From Octopus vulgaris (lineage: Eukaryota), in contig OX597816.1 in assembly GCA_951406725.2 (NCBI GenBank), forward strand, positions 166,408,001 through 166,472,000: DNA of 64,000 nt. The letters run 5' to 3'. A program made the position numbers and the translations under genes. The notes under the pieces are model-generated. The model was not told the origin of the DNA. It saw only the letters and a list, made by a program, of their open reading frames with translations, and did not search any database. Shown here in pieces: positions 26,050 through 38,658 of the stretch (its first letter is position 1; each line of letters begins with the position of its first letter).

Positions 26050-27906
26050 ATGGAAAGACCGAGGAAGCGGCGAATCGGCGAAGAAAATAGAAAATTTCAA
26101 GAAAAATGGACCAAAGAATATTTTGTCATTCCACAGAACGATAAAGTTTTGTGCCTGATCTGTCGTAAAGTCGGTGCTTGTTTGAAAGAATATAATATTA
26201 AACGGCATTACAATTCACATCACAAATCTTATAACATGTTAGTAGGCGATGAACGGAATATGAAGCTAGAATTACTTTTGAAAGATATTGCTGATCAAAC
26301 ATTTGTTTTCCAAACTGCCCAAAACGAAGTGTCAGTCTATGCTAGTTATGTTCTTGCTTACGAACTTGTCAGGAGTGCCAAACCATTATCTGAAGGTGAA
26401 TTTCTTAAACAGTGCATGATGAAAATAGTAGACGTTGTTATTCCTGATAAAAAACAACTTTTACAAGATATCGATATGTCGAATGTCACAATGTTCCGCA
26501 GAATTATTGATGTCGCTGAAGATCTTCAAAAACAACTCCAAACGCATTCGCAGAGTTTTGTAGCTTATTCTATTTCCTTAGATATTTGTAACGATATTAG
26601 TGAAACCCCACAACTTTTGGTTTTCATCCGAGGAGTTTTAGAGAATTTTGATATTCATGAAGAATTGCTTTCTGTAGAAAATCTGTCAGAAAAAGCTACA
26701 GGGATCGATATATTTCACGCCACTTGCCGGGCTTTAAATGCAAACAATATGAATTGGGAACTTTTGGTAGGGGTCACTACGGATAGTGCACCAGCTATGA
26801 TTGCAGCAAAATCTGGTGCCGTTGCTTTGTTAAGCCAAAAAATGAAGCAAAAATATGACATGGATTTAATCCATTACCATCGTGTTATTCCTCAAGAGAC
26901 ACTTATTAGCAATGTTCTTTTAATGGATAATGTTATAAGTGTTGTTGTCAAGTGTGTAAACCTGTTGAGAAGTGAAGTTCATGAACATAACCTGTTTAAA
27001 AGTTTCCTGGAAGATTGCAAAGCGGAATTTGGTGATGTGTATTTCTCTACGGATAGATGGGTCAGCAATTATTCTTGTCTCAAACGCTTTTTTTCTTTAA
27101 CAAATGAAATCAAAGAATTTCTGTATCGAAAAGATCACGAGTTAGTAAATATTATGGACAGCGACTGGATGTGTGATTTGGCCTTTTTGGTTGATATTTC
27201 CTCAGTTTTAAATGAATTAAACACACAACTTCTTGGAAATGGTAAATTTGCTACAACACTTTTTGAACATACCAAAGGAACTGGAAAAAAACTCCAAATT
27301 CTACAGAAGCAGCTAAAAGATAAAAATTTGACTAATTTTGCAACCTGCAAACTGCTATTAGATGATGGCTTCAAAGTTTATAAAGATGGATGTGTTGTTT
27401 TGGATAAGAGTTGCACAATTCTAGAAACATTTTCTTCTGAAAAATATACCCAAATTCTTCAACGTGCAATAGGTTTTTTGGACTTACAGGAGCATTCACA
27501 AGCTTTAGATATTTTTGAAAATCCCTTTACTGTAGAACCAGAAACTGCGCCAACAACCTTTCAATTAGAACTTAGAGATTTGCAGGAAGATTCCAAATTT
27601 AATTATCCTTTCTGTGAAAAAAGTCTCATTAATTTTTATGAAGAACTTTCTGCTAAACAATATCCTAAATTACGCCATCATGCCCAACAAATGACTTCTT
27701 TGTTTGGAAGTACATATATATGTGAGAAAACTTTTACCATGATGAATTTAAATAATAATAGTTCCTTGTTTAAAACTAAGTTTACCGAAACTTATCACCA
27801 TCCATATTTACGTGTTCTAACTTCAAATTACTGTCCTAGAATGGAACACATCTTAGAAAAAAAATCATCTTCCATCATATCAGGAGATTATGTTTATTTT
27901 TCATAA
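26050..27906 (+). CDS. hAT (Buster/SPIN/Charlie) transposase-derived protein, GTF2IRD2/EPM2AIP1/ZBED8-like, 618 aa, intronless
   Basis: BED-like finger (W...CLIC...YNIKRHYNSHH), KPLSEGEFLKQCM, SLD...QLLVFIRGV, TTDSAPAM, RW, DLAFLVDI, FGSTYICEKTF; uninterrupted frame. Confidence 0.92.
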   Translation: MERPRKRRIGEENRKFQEKWTKEYFVIPQNDKVLCLICRKVGACLKEYNIKRHYNSHHKSYNMLVGDERNMKLELLLKDIADQTFVFQTAQNEVSVYASYVLAYELVRSAKPLSEGEFLKQCMMKIVDVVIPDKKQLLQDIDMSNVTMFRRIIDVAEDLQKQLQTHSQSFVAYSISLDICNDISETPQLLVFIRGVLENFDIHEELLSVENLSEKATGIDIFHATCRALNANNMNWELLVGVTTDSAPAMIAAKSGAVALLSQKMKQKYDMDLIHYHRVIPQETLISNVLLMDNVISVVVKCVNLLRSEVHEHNLFKSFLEDCKAEFGDVYFSTDRWVSNYSCLKRFFSLTNEIKEFLYRKDHELVNIMDSDWMCDLAFLVDISSVLNELNTQLLGNGKFATTLFEHTKGTGKKLQILQKQLKDKNLTNFATCKLLLDDGFKVYKDGCVVLDKSCTILETFSSEKYTQILQRAIGFLDLQEHSQALDIFENPFTVEPETAPTTFQLELRDLQEDSKFNYPFCEKSLINFYEELSAKQYPKLRHHAQQMTSLFGSTYICEKTFTMMNLNNNSSLFKTKFTETYHHPYLRVLTSNYCPRMEHILEKKSSSIISGDYVYFS

Positions 27907-28259
27907 TTTCCAGGGTTGCAAGCTCACAGAATCATGAGAATTTTTTTAACAAAATACTTCATGGCATTTCTTCTGACTCACTACATTCAAAGTTCAAATT
28001 CCACCATGGTTGACTTTGCCTGGGATCAATGTAATCGACTGACCCCTAAAATTACTGACCTTCTGCCCAGATGACAAAAAAATTATTAGTAATTTTCTGT
28101 GTCTCTTCATTATGTTTTTTTTCTATTTTATTTAATCATGTGACCATCTACCAACTGTATCAGGATAATTACCCCACTAGGACAATTAACCCACCTAGGA
28201 CGATTTCCCCTGACGACAAATACCCTGCTTGATTAATTACCCCATCTCCAATATATTAA

Positions 28260-28479
28260 CCCTTTCATTACCAACCCAGCTGAAACCGGCTCTGGCTCTG
28301 AATACAAATGTCTTGTTTTCATAAGTTTTTAATTAAAATCTTCCACCAAACCGTAGTCACAATTTATGTTCCTAACCCCAGGTGAATGATAACTAAGTTA
28401 ATTTCCTAAATTCATTGTTGTATTTAAAGTAATTGAAAGAAACAGAGGGCATCTTAAAATAAATACAGTAACGAAAGGG
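28260..28479. mobile_element. piggyBac-like MITE; another copy runs from about 63903 to the window end
   Basis: TTAA-CCCTTTC...GAAAGGG-TTAA. Confidence 0.85.
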
Positions 28480-28995
28480 TTAAGAAATTTTAAATCATCA
28501 TCTGTAGTCCTCAGGAGTAATTGTCGATGGTGGGGTAAATGTCCTAGACTCCTAACAACAGTCTGCTCATATTTTGGTGCTTCTCATGTACTGCAATACT
28601 GTATATCTTCTTTGATCCTTGTTTCCAGGTTTATAGAATTCAGTTTATAAAGTTTAAACTTTTAATTCATTATGTATCTATTGATGATAACAAAAACAAA
28701 AAAAATTTTTAAATCATGTAACAAAAATGTAAGTAAATTTGTTCCAAATCCAATCTGTTTATCTCTTTGTTCATTTTATATCCATTTTTCTATGCTAGCA
28801 TGGGTTAGATGAATACATATTAATGAAGCATTATTTTACAGCTGGATGCCCTTGCTGCCAACCCTTATTTTTCAAGTAAAGGGTTTTTTCTTTGGAAGCA
28901 CTAAGCTATCAGAAAGTTTATTGACAAGGAAATTACAACAAAGACCAGTCTGGTGCTCAACTCAGCACAATGTAAACATTCACACATCATCATCA

Positions 28996-29026
<31 letters not shown>

Positions 29027-32000
29027 AAAAGATGGTGGATTGGTAGAATCGGTGGAGCATCAGGAAAATACCTTGTAGTATTTGTTCTGGCTCTTTACAT
29101 TCTGAGTTCAAATTCCACCAGGGTTGACTTTACCTTTCAACCTTTTGCGGAAGGTTGATAGGGTAAGGACCAGTTGAACACTGGACTTGACTTACTCCCA
29201 CTCCTAAAATTCCTGACCTTGTACCAAAATTAGTAAGAATTATTATTAGTAGTAGTAACAATTGTAAGGTAGCAGAATTATTAGCACATTGGGCACAATG
29301 CTTAGCAGCATTTCATCTGTCTTTATGTTCTGAGTTCAAATCCTGTTGAGGTCTAGTTTGCCTTTCATCCTTTTGAGGTCAATAAAACAGCTGATTTAAT
29401 TCACTTCGCCCCACCCCCAAGCCTGCTAGCCTGGTGCCAAAATTTGAAACCTGCCTGGCCCCTGTGCTGGTGGCACGTAAAAAGCACCATCTCATCGTGG
29501 CCGTTGCCTGTCTCGCCTGGCCCCTATGCCAATGGCACATAAAAAACACCATCCGACCGTGGCCGTTTGCCAGCCCCGTCTCCCACCTGTGCCAGTGGCA
29601 CGTAAAAAGCACACACTACACTCACGGAGTGGTTGGTGTTAAGAAGGGCATCCAGCCGTAGAAACACTGCCAGATCAGACTGGGCCTGGTGCAGCCTTCT
29701 GGCTTCCCAGACCCCAGTTGAACCGTCCAACCCATGCTAGCATGGAAAACGGATGCTAAATGATGATGATTATTGAGAGAGAGAGTAATGCATGCCATCA
29801 AAGTGATGCTGGGGTACAAATATTCGAAACTCAATATAATTATGACTATCCGTCTGGTAAGGGTGCACCAGGCATATGCATCACCACCATGTGTGTGACA
29901 TGGTGACCTCATATCAAGATAAATAGTGCATGATCTTGCAGGTGGAGCCCAGTTAGAATTTTCTTCAGGTTAAGTAGACCATCTCACTTAAAAAAGTCCC
30001 TGAATATGGTTTGTTTAAGGATGAATGAAACATCCATGTTTCCAGGGGTGAATTATTTAAACCCCCAAAAATCCTTCTCAACATATGGCTATGATGCCCT
30101 TCCACTACTTCTGTTTGTGATCAGAAATGCACATATCAGTCACTAAGGGACATGCTCAAATAGTGGAGGTCAAACAACTGATAAGCAAATCTGTGATGTT
30201 CAGCAGAATATTTGCTGTAGCCCGTCTTTTACACCAAAACAAAACATTTACAGGTTAAAGCTTCTAATTAGTTAAGATCAGAAGCCATGAAAGCCAGTGC
30301 CTGGTATTGCATCACAACACATCATTACCGTTGTTGTTTTCTGTTATTTCACAGGATTGGTATTTTAGGTGGTTTACTTACACTTCCGAGAATAAGGAGC
30401 ATTTTGTGTATTATTAAAAAAATATATTCTGCTTTGTATATTTGTTTTTGCATTGTATTAAGCACTTTTCAAGTAATTCCTGCTAAACCTAACAGATATG
30501 TTTTTTGCACTGCATCCACTCCCAGATAAAGTGAACATTACCAAGGTTTGTTTTATAAATTTTACATTAATTTTCACTATAAACGTTTTACTGTACTCCT
30601 GGGCAAGGTAGACAACTCTGTCGAATTGTCGAAATGGATCAAATCCCGAGTTAATTTTGTAAGACAAGTCAGCCTTGATAGCGCAGACCTCTGGTCAAAG
30701 GCGCCCTAGTCATGGCTATTTCATGTTTTTTTTTTCCCAAATATAATGCATCTAGAAGCACATTATCTCATTTTCCTTTTATTTAATACAATAATGTGAT
30801 TTGAGGGAGATTTGTCTCAGTTTCCCTGTTTCAAACTAAACAAGGTTATCTTCGTCATTTAGCATCTGTTCTCCATGCTGGTGTAGATTTTCCAATACCC
30901 TTACACAAAGTACCTGAGAAGTGATGCACATACTCACAAAAATTCTTCAATCTTCCTCGACAAGGTTTTTAGAAACATTCCACAGTATGTCACTTCCTCA
31001 AGATGCACAACTGTCAGACCATCAATTTACAACCAGGACATCTCACAAATCTCTGCTACCTCCACAAACAAAGATCTTGACAAAGATTGTTCAAAGATGG
31101 CATTACAGTAATGTTTCCTTCACTGTGCACAACCTTCTACCTCAGCCTCAGCAGAAGGACACAATAAGGTGGCGAGCTGGCAGAAACGTTAGCACGCCGG
31201 GCAAAATGCTTAGCGGTATTTCGTATGTCTTTACGATCTGAGTTCAAATTCCACTGAGGTCGACTTTGCATTTTCATCCTTTAGGCGTTGATAAATTAAG
31301 TACCAGTTACATACTTAGGTTGATCTAATTTACTGGTTCCCTCCCCCAAAATTTCAGTCTTTGTGCCTAGAGTAGAAAAGAATATTTTAAAGGTGGTGAA
31401 CTGGCAGAAACGTTAACATGCCAGGCAAAATGCTTAATGGTATTTCGTCTGCTGCTACATTCTGAGTTCAAATTCCACTGAGGTTGACTTTGCCTTTCAT
31501 CCTTTCGGGGTCGATTAAATAAGTACCAGTTACACACTGGGGTCGATATAATCGACTTAATCTGTTTGTCTGTCCTTGTTCGTCCCCTCTGTGTTTAGCA
31601 ACTTGTGGGTAGTAAAGAAATAGGTATTTCGACTGTCTTTACATTCTGAGTTCAAATTCCACTGAAGTCTACTTTGCCTTTCATCCTTCAGGGGGTCGAT
31701 AAATTAAGTACCAGTTACATACTTGGGTCGATCTAATCAACTGGCCTCCTCCCCAAAAATTTCAGGCCTTGAGCCTAGAGAAGCAAAGGACACAACCTTC
31801 TACCTCAGCCTCTCTAATCTTGAACACATTACCCACTAAGTTGTTACAAGCACTTAATTCTCATTTGTTTTAAATGTTTTCTTGTGCTAACATGGATAGG
31901 ATGAATATGTACTGAGGTGTTGTTCTATAGCAAGATGTCCTTGTCACAATCTTCTACAGCTGTGTGGCAAGAAGCTTGCTTCCTAACCACATGGTTCCAG

Positions 32001-32099
32001 GTTCAGTCCCACTGCATGGCACGTTGGGCAAGTGTCTTCTACCAAAGCCTTGTAAATGGAAACTGTAAGAAGCCTGTTGTATATATATATATAAATATT

Positions 32100-32687
32100 C
32101 AGGGATTATCTCATACATTCAAGTACCTTGGATCCCAGAACATCCCGCTGTGCTTGAGGAGACCTGTTGAGTCAAGTACATGTACATGAACATCGAAACA
32201 AATATCAATGGAAATAGTTGTTGTGATACCTGTGCCGGTGGCACATAAAAAGCACCATCCGAACGTGGCCGTTGCCAGTGCCGCCTCGACTGGCTTCTGT
32301 GCCGGTGGCACATAAAAAGCACCATTCGAACGTGGTCGATGCCAGCGCCACCTCGACTGGCTTCTGTGCCAGTGGCACATAAAAAGCACCATCCGTACGT
32401 GGCCGATGCCAGCGCTGCCTTGGCTGGCTTCCGTGCCGGTGGCACGTTAAAAGCACCAACCGATCGTGGCCAATGCCAGACTCCCCTGGCACCTGTGCCG
32501 GTGGCACGTAAAAAGCACCTACTACACTCGCGGAGTGGTTGGCGTTAGGAAGGGCATCCGGCTGTAGAAACACTGCCAGATCAGACTGGAGCCTGGTGCA
32601 GCCCCTGGCTTCCCAGACCCCAGTTGAACCGTCCAACCCGTGCTAGCATGGAAAACAGACGTTAAACGATGAAGATGATGATGATGA
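32100..32687 (+). mobile_element. SINE family D (RTE-like tail ending GACGTTAAAC(GAT)n) with internal 67-bp tandem modules
   Basis: copies at 7172-7630, 29452-29771, 34776-35215, 36770-36903, 39330-39683, 45077-45263. Confidence 0.85.
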
Positions 32688-33099
32688 TTCAAGATTTCAA
32701 TGATGTGGTGGTTAATTTTTACAATGACACTGTAGGGTATTTACAAGAGGCCAGATCTAGCTAGTTTAAACATAAAACAGGAAGAGTATTTGGACCGGAC
32801 ATGGCTAGTTTAAATGCTAAGGGACTGATGCTGTTTCAGTTGCATATGACAACACATTTTTCAAAATGCTTAACCATTCATATATATCTTCTAGCATCTT
32901 AAATTACATTTTTAAATATTCACATCACATCTAGATATCACTTGTAATGAATCATTTGAGAATCCTACTACTGTAGGATCTCATATGTGTTTATAAAGAG
33001 AGTTGTTCTCTAATTAGTTTTAATCATCATGGTTAAGGCCATGCTGGAGCACTTTGTCCATAAGAGAGAAAAGAGGAAAAGAGAAAAGTTTTCAAAGCC

Positions 33100-33105
33100 T
33101 TTATT
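33100..33105 (-). terminator. Putative NME7 polyadenylation signal
   Basis: AATAAA on the minus strand about 70 nt after the stop, followed by T/CT-rich sequence. Confidence 0.55.
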
Positions 33106-33175
33106 CACAAAATAATGAATATATTTTTTTTAAATGGTGAATATAGAACAAATAAATTAAATAAATCCAGCAAAT

Positions 33176-33208
33176 TCATCTGTCTAAGATCTTGAAGAAA
33201 TATTCAAC
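33176..33208 (-). CDS. NME7: NME7 last coding exon (VEYFFKILDR-stop)
   Basis: cttgtag acceptor, YFFKILD terminal motif, TGA; total CDS 1155 nt. Confidence 0.93.
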   Translation of the reverse strand, partial: VEYFFKILDR

Positions 33209-33801
33209 CTACAAGAAAGAAAATATATTAAAAAGAAATTATCCTGTTTCTATAAAATGGTATATTTTAATTAGTTAAGATAAAAAATAGAGACGTAAAT
33301 GGTTAAGATTTTTAGATATCATTATCACCAATCACCATCATCATCCTTTAATGCTTGTTTCCCATGCTGGCATTGGTGCCATGTAAGAAATACCCAATAC
33401 ATTCTGTGAAGTGGTTGGCATTAGGAAGGGCATCCAGCCATAGAAACTTGGCCAATACAATGAAGCCTGATGGAGTTCTCTAGCTTGCCAGCTCCTGTGA
33501 AAACGTCCAGCCCATGCCAGCATGGAAAACAGATATTAAATGATGATGGTGATGAGCTCATGTTGTGTGTGTGTGTGTGTGTGTATACATATATTTATTT
33601 ATAAATAAAATATAATAGTAAAATCTTTATAAAATTTTATTGAGTAGCCAGCATGTGAACTGATTAAGGAAAAAAATTAACACAAGGTATCTAATTTTTT
33701 CCATTATATACACACACACACACATATATATATCAATTGATAGAGTGAGATAAAAAAAAACCAAGGCAGTAAATAGATTTCATAACATTTATCAGGAAAA
33801 G

Positions 33802-33849
33802 GTCTTACAGCTGTTTCCAGGATATTTTATATATCCCTTCATCAGAGAC
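33802..33849 (-). ncRNA. Minimal type I hammerhead motif (Penelope-type) in the last NME7 intron
   Basis: GTCT-CTGATGA-A GGGATAT ataaa ATATCCT G-GAAA-CAGCTG-TA-AGAC; palindromic helix III. Confidence 0.65.
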
Positions 33850-35278
33850 GGTGCAGGATATATAAAATATCCCGGAAACAGCTGTAAGACCTTCTTGATA
33901 AATATTATGAAATCTATTTTCTGCCTTGGTTTTTTTTATCTCATTCTGTCAATTTATATATATGCATAGTAATACATGACCCACATTGGACTCCTCACTC
34001 ATATATTGAGCCTGGATCTTAACCATGGTCTATCCATAGCACTTACTTAGCTTTTACCCGATACATTTTGGGTCTTCCTGACACCAATACCTTTTATACC
34101 CCTATATATATATATATATATAAAACTCAACTTGTGTGTCTGTGTTTGTATCTGTGTGTTTAACTTCCCGGCACATCTCCTCCTAGCCAACAAATCGTAC
34201 ACCCACCAAAAATGGGACACTGAAAGTTTAGGCGAATGAAAATTGAACTGCGCTATTTCTGTTCCGAAATTCATCTCGCAAGTGCAAAAATCGATAATGT
34301 GTTTGTTTAGGCCTTATCCCATGCATTGAATAGTGATCTTTACTCAGTCAGCTGTTTGACGTGAACTGTGTTCACCACGCGTGCAAGCATGTGTAAATTG
34401 CATGAAAAATAAAAAAATCAAGATATAAAAACAAATCGCCGTAAACATTGTAGAAATTCGGCAAAGAAATGAATTTTCGGAATGTAGCCAGGAGGGTTTT
34501 TTCATATTAATCGTTTGGACTTTGTGAACACATACCAATTGTTTTCATAACATTTTTAACGCTTTGAATTAAATGTGACCATTTTGCGTTGAGTCTGCAG
34601 TTTGAATCACTTTAACCAAATTTTAGCAGGCCAGATTTTTGATCATCACGATACATCGCCAGCAACTCCCTGAAACTCTCCCCTGAAATCCTCGTTGAGA
34701 AATACTGATCTAAAAGAATGATTCAACAATGCAATTATTTGATCAACAAAAATTTATGAAACACTTCTGTGTACTTCATCATCATCATCATCATCATCGT
34801 TTAACGTCCGTTCTCCATGCTAGCATGGGTTGGACGGTTCGACCGGGGATCTGGGAAGCCAGAAGGCTGCACCAGGCTCTGGTCTTATCTGGCAATGCTT
34901 CTACAGCTGGATGCCCTTCCTAACGCCAACCACTCCATGAGTGTAGTGGGTGTTTTTTACGTGCCACATGCATTGGAGCCAGGCGAGGCTGGCATCGGCC
35001 ACGGTCGGATTGGTGCATTTTATGTGCCACCTGCACGGAAGCCAGTTGAGGCGGCACAGGCTTCGGCCACGATTCAGATGGTGCTTTTTACATGCCACCG
35101 ACACGGAAGCCAGTCGAGGCGGCGCTGGCATCGGCCACGATTCGGATAGTGCTTTTTACGAATCTCCAGTCCAGGGCTCCTGGTATCTGCCAGGTGCCAG
35201 TCATAGGATTGGTTCAATTTCGATCCCGATTTCGATTGCAATCGAAATTGAATCAATCCTATGACTGGTACATATATA

Positions 35279-35405
<127 letters not shown>

Positions 35406-35795
35406 AAGAGAGAGGTATGGTGATGCAAACAGGAAAAATAGAACATTTTCATTAATATTTAGCAGAAGCAAGAGTGACTCAAGGGCTGTGAGTTTCGTAC
35501 ATTGGCACTTATCAACCTAAATACTAATAAACTATATATAGATACACACACACACATGTATATAAGTATATATTTGTTCATATATATGTGTGTGCATATA
35601 TGTGTATGTATATATCCGCATGCACACACAGCAAGTAAAGCCACATCAATTTTTGACTATCAATAATGTAATATTGATAAATACACATAAAAGCAGACAG
35701 ATAAACAGCCATGCACAGACCCAGTATGTAAGCGATTGCATATAAATCAATATTATTCATTGTTCATATATAGCTCAATATGTACATTTAAGTAC

Positions 35796-35836
<41 letters not shown>

Positions 35837-37087
35837 GATGGAGCATAGAGCCCAAATGATGCTGACAACAATGATAATGGTCAAAGATGGGGTCAACAGA
35901 CAATATTTACAGTATAGTGTTGTGAGAAACCAAAGATTTACCGGGTCAGATAACATTGTTCGGATGTGAGCTCCCAGAGCTAGAAGAACAAAACTGTTAA
36001 AGATAATTCCATTGATAAATGAATACAGCTGTGATGGTCCTGGAATCAGGATAACGAACATCACTGCAAATTCTGCATATCCAATTAGAAACCAAGTGAA
36101 CATGGCACATATTATGTCACAAATGTCTTTGACACACCACAGGTAAACCGCATGATAATGAAGTCCGAATTTGTTGCACTATTGAGGAAATGGAACACAT
36201 AAGCACAAAAATAGAGGGCATTAAATGCTTGATTTTAAAACCAAAATAATTGAATTTTGATTAAACTTCATCCAAGTTTAGCTTAATTCGTGCGTGCATA
36301 GAACGCACGAGCTGGGCAATACTGCTAGTATATATATACACACATAATATCAAGTGCTATTACTGTGCATAAAAGCCACATGCACCAACTTCAAGGGAAT
36401 GAAAACTAGGAGAAATTCCTTCAATAAAAAAAAAATGGTTTAGTCATATACCATTAATGATTTCGTGGTCACGCTGTATTACCCCTTTCTCCACTCATCA
36501 TAACCAGGAAAAATAAATATATAAACATCTGTACATACCATACGAACACAGCGCATCCAGTAGAGCATATACAAATGTTTACACTTATAAATCCAATTTA
36601 GAGGGGTCTCTGCCTAGTTCATCTTGCCACATGAGTATAATTGGAATAATTCAACGCTGAATATATTCCGGTGCAATATTTGTAAATAAAATATAAGGAT
36701 AAAATCTATATGAGATTTTATCGAGTAGCCAGTGTGTAAACCAATGAAGGGAAAAAGTACCTATTGAAGTAGTTTGGCATTAGGAAACCTTGCCAGATCA
36801 GACTGGAGCGTGGTGCGGCCTCCTGGCATTCCAGTCCTCAGTCAAACCGTCCAACCCATGCCAGCATGGAAAGCAGACGTTAAACGATGATGATGATGAT
36901 GATGTATCATTTATACTTGCCAGATGAGTTGAGTGAAGCAACATGCAATAAAGCATCTTGCTCAAGAACACAACATGCTACTGAGAATTGAACTCACAAC
37001 CTTGTGATCATGAGCTGAACACCCTAACCACTAAACCATGTGCCTTCACATGAACTGTCATAGGACTAGATTAAATGTAATACTTAC

Positions 37088-37195
37088 TTCTAAAATTCCA
37101 TCTTCAGGTAGATCTGTGCAGTGGACAGCATTTTTGATTTTATCAATTCCAAACTGGGCACGCAGTGAGCGCGGTCGTAAATGTCGAGCAATCTC
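37088..37195 (-). CDS. NME7: NME7 exon 8 (EIARHLRPRSLRAQFGIDKIKNAVHCTDLPEDGILE)
   Basis: ttcag acceptor, GTAAGT donor, 108 nt; NAVHCTDLPEDG is diagnostic of NME7 domain B. Confidence 0.96.
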
Positions 37196-37907
37196 CTGAA
37201 GAAAATTTTTTTTAAAATATATTTTGTCAGCCGGACTCTTTTCCCAACATTTTTATTTATTTCTTTTTAGATTTTCACTTTTTAACAATTAACAATCTGG
37301 ATTATTTCATTTAATTATTTATTCATTTATTTTGTATTACAACTGCTGAACAACAGAATTGGTAAGGATAGGGCCCACACCAGATTTCATTGTCTGTTTT
37401 GGTATGGTTTCAAGGGTTGGATGCCCTTTCTAAAGCCAACCACTTTACAGAATGTACTAGGTGCTTTTTGTGTGGACCCATGTAAGTGGCACTCATTAGT
37501 AGCACCATGCTTTTTATGTGACACTATCATCAGTGCTTTTTACATGGCACCAGCACCAGTGCTATTTACATGAGACCATCACTGATGCTTTTTGTGTTTT
37601 TTTTTATTTATGTGCCCTTTTCAAGCCTAGCCAGACTCATGGGCCCGGTTTCCTGGTTTCTGTGGCATATGTGTTCCCCCCAGCTGAACGGGACGCCAGT
37701 CCATCGCAGCGTTACTCAAGAAACAGGAAGAAAGAGTGAGAGAAAGTTGGGGCGAAAGAGTTCAACAGGGGTTGCCCCCCTGCCGGAGCCTCATGTAGCT
37801 TTACGTGTTTTCACTCAATAAACACACACGACGACCAGTCTGAGAATCGAAATCGCGATCCTCCGACCATGAGTCCGCTGCCCTAACCACTGGGCCATTG
37901 TGCCTCC

Positions 37908-37960
<53 letters not shown>

Positions 37961-38422
37961 GTGTGTGTAAGTATGTAAATATATATCAATCAAAACAGGA
38001 GATTGGAAAATGTTTTTGGTGCTATTTACTCACCATTACACATGTTTCATTTGCTAATAGGAGTTACAAAATTGTGCATATAGGACAAAAACATGTAGGA
38101 TGCCTCTGAAAAGAAATTCTTCAGACTAAAAACAATTTGGGTTTTGATCCTATCTACATAACATTATATATATATATGTATATATATGTGTGTATATATA
38201 TATATATATATAAAACGAGCTTCCACTGCCAAATTGACTCAGAAGGCTTTAGTCAGGGTTAGTTATAATAGAAGACCCTTGCCCAAGGTTCCACACGATG
38301 TCGTTGAACCCAAATACCATCTGGTTATCAGTTTAACCCTACAAACATGCCTGTGACTAAAAGTCTATGAAAAACAGCATAAAACGCTCTTTTAGGAAAA
38401 AATAGGAACTGAAGTAACTTAC

Positions 38423-38658
38423 AGGATCAGCAGGACCAGCCATTTCCCGGAAGGCCTTCGGAGCATCTTTTGCCCGTAGAGCAATAGCCACACATGGTCC
38501 ACTGGTCAGTTCAGTGACCATCGATGGATATTCTGGCACAACTCCTTTGTACACTTCAAGGAATTCTTCAGCACAAAGTCGTTCCAAGTGAAACATCTGG
38601 ATCGCAGTTATTTCAAACCCAGCATCTGTTATTGTTCTTATGATTTTAGGGGCAAGCC
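38423..38658 (-). CDS. NME7: NME7 exon 7, NDK domain B (AGFEITAIQMF...EEFLEVYKGVV...SGPCVA...FREMAGPADP)
   Basis: ttcag acceptor, GTAAGT donor, 236 nt, phase 1 to 0. Confidence 0.96.

Noticed and set aside
30270-30315. Short matches to U2 snRNA (TAAGATCA, CCTGGTATTGCA) at the end of a repeat family
   Set aside because: Matches are 8-12 nt with wrong spacing and no Sm site; likely chance
32231-32525. CRISPR-like periodicity of 67 bp
   Set aside because: The inter-repeat segments are homologous to each other, the array sits inside a SINE, and there are no cas genes in this eukaryotic DNA
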